Assembly (NCBI GenBank): GCA_045577635.1
Contig: JAZNIS010000026.1
Coordinates: 1 to 40,899 of the forward strand
Length of the DNA: 40,899 nucleotides
From: Clostridia bacterium
GTDB taxonomy: Bacteria; Bacillota; Clostridia; Christensenellales; UBA1242
Direction: 5' to 3'
In this document: one piece after another, positions 1-9,000 of the stretch
How the letters are laid out: each line of letters begins with the position of its first letter
Position numbering within the stretch: the first letter of the stretch is position 1
The notes under the pieces: generated by a model
Databases searched by the model: none
What the model saw: only the letters and a program-made list of their open reading frames with translations
Told to the model about the DNA's origin: nothing
Program-made: the position numbers and the translations under genes

Positions 1-51
1 GTATTAATGATGATTTTAGATTACGCACTATAATGGTGCTGTTGGTAGAAT

Positions 52-81
52 AAAAAATGAGCGATACCGCTCATTTTTTTT
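52..81 (+). terminator. Intrinsic-terminator-like hairpin, probably terminating an off-window upstream gene. It contains the ATG that opens the giant ORF.
   Basis: A52-A56, then stem ATGAGCG (57-63), loop ATAC (64-67), stem CGCTCAT (68-74), then T75-T81. It lies directly after stop codons at 31-33 and 51-53 in two + frames. The upstream A-tract makes it potentially bidirectional. Confidence 0.6.
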
Positions 82-3000
82 ATTTCAATCCTGCCTCTAC
101 TTGTTGCTTAAGACAAGCCATTGCTTCATTGATATCCTCAACCAGAGATGAAGATAATAAACATGAACCAGCAGAAGCAGGTTCACCAAGAAAAGCAACA
201 ATACTAAATTACAACGAAGTAATTATTGGTGGTGTTGTAGGAAGATCGGAAAATACTGAATTTGTGTATGTTCAATATAATAATTTGGTTCAATATAACG
301 AAAGTAATGTTAGAGATGATTATCCATACGATAAAGTTTCTATTGGTGGAATTATTGGAACAATTACTGCAGGTGCTAACACCTTACAAGATGTAGGTTA
401 TTCTGCAAAAATTTCTGTTTCCCATGAATTTATTAAAAATGGAACAAAAATAAGTTTTGCTGGTGGATTAATTGGTTCTACTTATGCAAGTACAACTATT
501 TCTGCTAGTCGTGTAAAAGAAAATCCTTCTATCGCTTCAAACATTATTGAATCTGCAAACTTTGTTGATGTTGTTGGTGGTTTAATTGGTTATGCTTCAT
601 CATGTGGAACATTAAAATTAAGTGATACATATGTAAGTGGTGGAGTTAATGCAACTTCAATTTCAGATATTGATGAAATTATTGGTGCAGTAAATAATAT
701 TACCCCAACAATTACAAACACATATTTTGTAAATAAAATAAATTCATCTTCAAATAATTATGGTGTTCAATATTCTAATACTATGGACACTTCAACATAT
801 AACACCAACTATCCTTGGGAAATTGTTGAAGGTGCAGCTCCTACTTTGTGGGTTCTTGATAATACTCCATACAGTTCAACTGATGTGTCTGTTCCATTAA
901 TTGTTCCTGTTCCATTGGAATCATCTGTTACAGAATATCTAATTGAAACACCACAAGAATTAATTTGGTTTATCCAAAATTGTGGAACATCAGCTGCAAC
1001 AACAAAACGAGCTAGAGTTATTAAAGATTTAGATTTTGCTGGAACAATTTGGAATATGGATGACATTCCACATTTAGATGGTTCAACAATTATTCTTGAT
1101 TTCTCTGGATTTACAGTATCTAATGTTAGAGTGTTAAATCAAAATGCTATGTTTAGTGAAAATGAAGGAATTATTAAAAATTTAGTTTTAGTTAATTCTG
1201 GAAACTATAACAGTATGGCAATTGGCTCACAAGCTATGGTTGTAAACGAAAATAAAGGTGTTGTTGAACACATTCAAATTACAGCCGATGTTATAAACAA
1301 ACATTATAATCAACAAATTAATGGCGAAACATTAATTGTTGGTGGTGCAGTGGCACAAATGAACGATTCAAACACAATTGTTCAAAAATCATACTTTACA
1401 GGTAATGTAACAGTACAAACAGAACAATTAAACACAGCTTATGTTGGTGGTTTAGTTGGTAGAACAAATAGTGCCGAACTTGGATTAATTTCACAAAACT
1501 ATACAAATGCAAATATTAAAGTAGATGCAACAAACACAACAAGATTAAATGTTGGTGGTTTAGTTGGTGAAATTTATAATTCTAACGGTTTAGAAGTTCT
1601 TGACAACTACACAAGGGGAACAATTGAAGTTCCTTCAGGTTTCACAACGGCTAACACATATATTGCTGGTGTAATTGGTTCATTTAATGCAAACACAAGC
1701 ACATCTAACACAGTTGAAAGAGTTTACTCAGTATCAACTGTAACTCCAAAAGCATTAAATTTAGGTGCAATAGGTAATGTAACAGTTGCAAATGTTGCAA
1801 TTAATGTAGTAACTGCTTATGTTTTAGATACAACAGTTAACACTGTAAACACAACCTATAACACAACTAAAAACCATAGTGCTTTAATTGATAAAACAAT
1901 TTTAACAAGTAATGCTGGTACTTATAAAGATTGGGATTTTGTTGATATTTGGAAATACGACAATACCGATGGTTATGAATATCCTGTATTACAAGAAACA
2001 GAGAATGTTCACACAATTAACATTATAATTAACTTTGAAAGAGGTCCTTTTGATTATGTTTATAGTGAACAAAATAAATATCTAATTAACTTCTTTGAAA
2101 AATACGGCCCACCAATTCTAAACTTACACTATATTAATAGAGTAACAGGTGATTATGGTTGGTTTAGTGGAATCACAGGTGTTATTAGGGTTGATCATGA
2201 AGGCGATGTAATAATTACATCTGATGCTCACACCGAAGAAACATTTATGTTCTTATTTGAAGCATTGTTTGATGGTGAAGCAAAAGATGTAACTAAAACA
2301 GAATTCAAGGTTGAAGAAGGCATTAAGGATTACACTTATGAATTCTCTTACAGATGGAACCGATACGAAGTTATTGTTCAATCTAACGATACAGTGTTAG
2401 GTCTAGCAAAAATTGTAAGACAAAACGATTTAGTAAACGATGCCGATCATGGTGTAGATTATTCTCAACCTGCATTTACAGGTGCAAGTGAATATATTCA
2501 TGGTGAATTAATTAAACTTTCTACCGAACCTTATAGTGAAGGTGGATTGTTAAAATGGCAAAAACAAGTTGCCGGTGAAACTTATGTAGATATTACAGCA
2601 TTTAGCGAAAGCGATGATTGTATTTACATTAAAGCACCAGAATATAGTAACTGTGCTTTGGTTAATGCCGTTTATAATGAAGCAGCATATCAAGCTGCAC
2701 TTGCAGATGCAATAGCAAATCTAAAAGAAAATGAATATATCTTTGATGAAAAAACTTTTGATTTGTATTTCTATGTTAACGGAACAACAGCCGGAACATA
2801 TAGAGCTTATTATGTAAGATTACATGAGTTTACATTTGATGTAAGTTCTCACGATTTAGGTAGAATTTCTTTACAAAATGATTGTATTACAGATATTGAC
2901 CCAAGTTGGACACCAGACCAAATTGAAAATTATGTAAACAATCACGAACATAAAGATTGTTCATATCAAAGAATTATTTCAACCATTAACGATATTGATG

Positions 3001-6000
3001 GTGAAGCTTACTACGGAATTTCTAAAATTATTACTTATGATGGTGAAGGAAATAAACGAGTAAGATATGTTGAAGGTGCACAAATTGTAATTGAACCAGA
3101 AGTTACAAATTCTTATTATAAGATTGATAGTGTATCATACACATCAAAGGTTGCTCCTGAAACAATAATTTATGATACTAATGGTGAACCTACAAGTGTT
3201 GAAATTGGTGAAAAATATACTTATGAGTTTAGTGGTAGATATTCTTATAGAAACAACATTTCTAATAGCTCATATTATCATCAATTAGCAACATTAACAG
3301 TTCTAACTGTTAATGCATCAACAGCAGGTGATTATGTATTTAATTTAGAACTATTAGAATTCAAAATTACAGTTATTACTTCAAAGGGTGGAAGCTACAC
3401 AACTCAAGAAGGATATACATTAACCGAAGAAGAAGGCAGAGTTTATTACACTGTAACCGGTGGAGAAACAATCACCTTTGATATCAGTCCATCAATGAGA
3501 TATGCTTTTGTAGAATTCCATTTGGTAACCGATGTTATTGAAGGATTAGAACGACCACTTGATTTCGTTCCAAGAGATTATACTGATGTTATTACAGCTC
3601 CTGAAGATTTTGAATTGTCTGATGGAAATGTTTATGAGTTAGAAGATATTTATACCTATGCATTAACAGGAACAAATGCTGATATGACTTTACACCTAAA
3701 TTATGCACAATACACTTGGTATGATTATGGTAAACAAGATAGTGTTTATTTCTGTGATGAAGCAACAGGTTTACAAACAATTAATGCTACTAACTACGAT
3801 GGTACTACATTAAACACAGCTTATATCTTACAAGACACTTCTCATTTTGCTAGATTAATATATTTGGCAAACACAAATAAATCTTACACAATAAGTGGAA
3901 AAACTTATTATTATAAAGATGCATACTATAAAGTTGCATATAACAATCTTAACTTTGAAACTAGATTCTGGAGTCCTATTGGTGGCTTTGCTGGAACATC
4001 ATTCAATGGAACAATGTTTAGCAGCACAGATGATTATCGTTTAACACAAGTTAACACATTAAAAAATATTTATATGGATCCTTATGAAATAACACTTTCT
4101 AATGGTGTTGTAATTAGCAACCTAGAAGAATTTGAAACAGGTGTTGGCTTTATAGGTAAATCTGTAAACGGATATATTAATAATGTTAACCTTGAAAATG
4201 TTCAAATTGTTTATGAACGAGAAGATTTAAGATCAATAGGTTCTTATATTGGATATAGTGATGGTGCAAGAGTGTATAATGCAAAATTAACATCTTCACT
4301 AATTAATGTAACAGGTGAAAACAATACAGGTTCAATTATTGGATATGCTGATAATGGATCAGGTATTTATAAGGTTTCATCTAACACAGTAATCACAGTT
4401 GATAGCACTAACAGTTATGTTGGTGGATTAGTTGGTATTAATGCTGGTATAGTAAATGCATCATACTTCAATGGCTCAATCATTGTTAACACCGATAATG
4501 TTGTTGGTGGATTAGTTGGTTCTAACTTAGGATTAATTAATATGAGTTACTCAAACGGAATTATTTCAACTGCAACCGATCCTGGTATTGTGGGAACAAT
4601 TGCAGGTTATGTAAATGTTCGTATGGGAATTACAGATTCATACTTTATTGTTGGAAACTTATATGATATTGATATGCAAGCTTATCCTGCTGCTTTAGAA
4701 AAACCTATTGGAAATATGGAAGATGTTACAGCATTTGATGTTGAAATAGCTAAACTTTCTGATGGTGCATCTACATTTAAAGGATTTAACTTTGTAAATA
4801 TCTATGAAACTTCAGCATTAGGTCCAACACATGTAACTCCAATATTTGGTTCAACCACAGCGGAATTACAAGGTGCTGGAACAAAACAAAATCCTTATAT
4901 TATTGGTACAGCTCCAGCATTCTTAACATTTATTAATCAAATTAATTCATGTTACGAAAAAGGACAAGAACCAGAAATATTAGATCAAAGATTAACTGCT
5001 TACAATAATCCTAATGTTTACTATTTAATTAGTGCAAACATTAACTTAAACGGATTTGATTTTAGAGTAATTGAAGAATTTAATGCTAACTTAAATGGTG
5101 GCGGATATACAATTGAAGGATTACATATTGCTTCAGCAGCAGAAGATAATGTTGCATTTATCAATAAAAACAATGGTGTTGTTAGAGATATTAACTTCAC
5201 AAAAGCAGTAGTTGTTGGTAAAGATAATGTGGCAGGTGTTGTTGTAACAAACAATGGTGTAATGCACGGAATTGTATTTGATGGAATTGTTATGGGTAGA
5301 GATAATGTAGCAGGAGTTGTTACATACAATGGCTTAACAACAAATCGTGGAACATTAGTAAGATTAGGTTCACATGGTATTGTTGCAGGTAACACAAATG
5401 TTGCAGGTATAGTTGCTCATTTAATCAATTCAAATGTTGATTTATATAACGATGTATTTGCATTTAAGTATAATGCAGATGGTTCAGTAATTTGTAATTA
5501 TGTTGGTTTAACCGAAAGTTATAACCGTTCACAAATTGTAGGTAATAGCAAAGTAGGTGGTTTAGTTGCTTATGCAAATAACTCTGCATCACATATTGCA
5601 ATTAAAAATGTGTACAATACAGGTCATATTTATGCTAATAATAAAGCGGCTGGTATTGTTGGTGATGCAACCAGAATCCATATTCAATTTACATATAGTT
5701 ATGGTGATATTGTTTCATTTAACAACTATGTAATTAAAGAAGATTTAACAATTGCTGAAATGGGACATATTGTTGGTTCAGGAAACACAGTTAATGTTGG
5801 TTACATTGTTAACTCAACCGAAGATAAAGGTTCAGCATTAATTGCAAGTGATACAAGATATCTATATTTATCAAAACAAAAAAATCAAGAAGAAGTTGTT
5901 GTCTTCAATGATAATGTTGGTGTTGGTAAAGGGGTGGATTGTGAAACATATATTAATGCTTATGTTTATGAAGATTTAAAAGTTAAAGATATATTTACCG

Positions 6001-9000
6001 GTTATGACTTTGACTTCATAAATATGTGGAGATACTTCTATCCAAAAACAGAAGATCATCCTGAAGGTGACACAAACTTCAACTATGGATTACCAATCTT
6101 GAAGTTCTTCCATTCACATTTAGTTACAATTACAATTAACGATGCTGCACTTGGTGAATTCTTTGTTGACGAAATGTATGGCCAAGTTAATGAAAATGGC
6201 GAAATTTACATTCTAGAAGGTGATGATTTAGTAATTGATTTTGATGCTGAATTGCATTATCACATTTACAACCAAATTGTAGATGGCGAAATTACTAAAC
6301 TAGAATTAGATGAGGACCCTGTTACAGGAGTTCCAGATAATACACCTAAAGAATATACTTACATATTTGAAAATGTTGTAACTTCACACACAATCCATAT
6401 TAACTTCACAATTGATAGGTACAGGTTTGATATTAGTGCAATTTGTCCACAAGAAGAAGGTAATATTGGTGATGTTACATTACTTTACGAAGATGGAACA
6501 GAAAACTTAAGTGGCATTTACAACTATGGCGATGTTGTTAAATTAAGAATTAACAATCTAGATCATTATAAATTAACAAAACTTACACATATTAGAGATG
6601 GTAATGTTGTAACAAGCACAGAAACATTCTCTTATACATTACAGTCAATAACACAATTATATGAAACAGATGCAGAAGGTAATATAGTTGTTGATGGAAA
6701 TGGTGATCCGGTTCCTGTTTATAATACATTTGTATATCAACATGAAACTGACGATGAAGTTTATACAATAGATGAAGTAAGGAAACTTCACACTGAAACA
6801 ATTGATGGTGAATATCACGAACTTAACTATTCAACTAATGAATTCGTTATTACATTTATTGCTAACGATAACACAGCAAACGGAACAAACCCAGATGCTG
6901 AAGGTTGTGCACCAGCACATGGTGTATATCAAGCCGAATTTATTAAGCAATATGATTTACAAGTTGATATTGAAACATGGATTGATATCTCAATTCCACA
7001 ACACTCAACCGAAATTGGTGGTAGTTACATTAACACAATTAAAGCTAATGGTATAGATGTTCCAATTCTAGATTTAACTGGTTATGGAATTATTGATCAT
7101 GGCACAGTTGTTAAACTTGCATCTACTCCTGCTTGGGGATATAACTTTATTGACTATACTGATGGTTTAAGACCAAACCACACAGTATTAAGTGATAGTC
7201 CAACAGAAGAGTTTGAAATTGTAGAAACTAGAACAATTAAAATTAACTTTGAATTAAAAGGTTACATTATTAAAATTATTCTAGGACCAAATGGTAAATT
7301 AAAACTATATACTCAAAATACTGTAACAGGTGAGTTCACACCAACTCTATACACTGTTCCAGGAACTTATGAAATTGAAATTAGACATGGTTACAGGTTG
7401 AAATTTGATTCAATTGCTAACGAAACATATGCTATTGATACAATTATTGCTTCAGAAAATAAACCTGCACAAACTATTGAAGTTGATTTGGGTCCTGCAG
7501 AAGATGATCCACTTCGTTTAACCGAACGATATATGGAATATCTAAATGTAATTGACGAATTTAGTGTTGAATTAACATTCCGTAGGCAAGTATGGACTGA
7601 CTTCCCAAGCGAAAGTTTAAGTGGAAGTGGAACAATTGAAGACCCTTACTTAATTACAAACGGTCACGATTGGGGCTTAATTGCTAACGAAGTTAACTTA
7701 AACGGCAACACTTATGAAGGAAAATACTTCAAAGTTTACCCATTAGATGACGATGGTAATAGGTTAGATTATATTGATTTAATTGAATATTACTTTAACC
7801 CAATTGGTGTAGCTGGTGATCCGGCAAAACAATTTAAAGGAACAATTTCTGGTGACTTTAAAACACTTACAAACATCTTTATTGAAACAATTGCAACACA
7901 AGTTGGATTCTTTACAGAGCCAGATGCTGTTGTAACTGACTTAAACTTCTACAATTTTGATGTTCTTTCTACAACATCTGGTGCAGTAGTTGGTGGTGTT
8001 GCAGGCCACAACCTAGGAACATTTAGAAATATTCAAACATCTGGTGTATTACAAGGTGCAGGAAATATTGGTGGTGTTGTAGGTATTAACGATGGCACAT
8101 TAGATAAAATTAAGAACAAAATTAATGTAACAGGTTATGGTTCTTACACAGGTGGTATTGTAGGAACAAACAATGCAATTATTTCAAATTCTAACAACTC
8201 AGGTAAGGTTGTTGGAGAAAATACAGCTGAATATGTTGGTGGTATTGCTGGTATTACTGCTTTAAATAGCACAATTACCAAATCTGCTAACTATGCAGCA
8301 ATTTCAGGAAAAACTTCTGGTGGTTTAGTTGGTAACTATGCTCGTGGAACAATGACCGATGTTTATAACTGGGGTTCTGTTCAAGGTTCAAATTATGCAG
8401 GTGGATTATTTGGTTATAAAAACACTAGCCAAGATACTTCTGTAAAAGTTACAAATGCATATAATATTGGAAGTGTTACAGGTGCACAAACAGGTGGAGT
8501 TTATGGATTCCTAGACGAAACCTTAACCAAAGATTTCTCATCGGTATATTATTTAAGTACAAATGCAGGAACTTTGGAACAAGTTGGTGTAACAAGTAAA
8601 ACAATTGCCGAACTAAGAAACATAGATACATTTACTAACTACGATTTTGCTGAAACTTGGGGAATTAAGTACTACGGAACAAATAGTACTGATTACCATA
8701 GTGGTTTACCATTTATTTGGACAGCATCTACTTGGGATTATTGGAAGGAAACAACCACAACAATTGAAGCAGATGGAACAGTTACAGAATTTGAATTATT
8801 ACCAGATGAAAATGGTGTTTATAATATTACAACAGCCAAAGAATTAATTTGGATAAGTAATAAAGTAAACTCAGGTGAATTAGAAACAGCTGGTGTAACA
8901 TTTGAACTTAAAAATGATATTGATTTATTCGGTCATTACTTTACACCAATTGGAACTAGTGAACATCCATTTGAAGGAATATTTAAAGGAAATAACAAAA

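Noticed and set aside
88-215. A minus-strand reading frame ends ...SSLVEDINEAMACLKQQVEAGLK* right at the 52-81 hairpin. It looks like the C-terminus of a convergent gene or a gene remnant.
   Set aside because: The frame is only about 40 codons between stops. Its only ATG is 12 codons from the end, and it has no SD. It cannot be supported as a gene. I keep it only as a weak hint that the first roughly 50 codons of the giant ORF may not be ancestral coding sequence.
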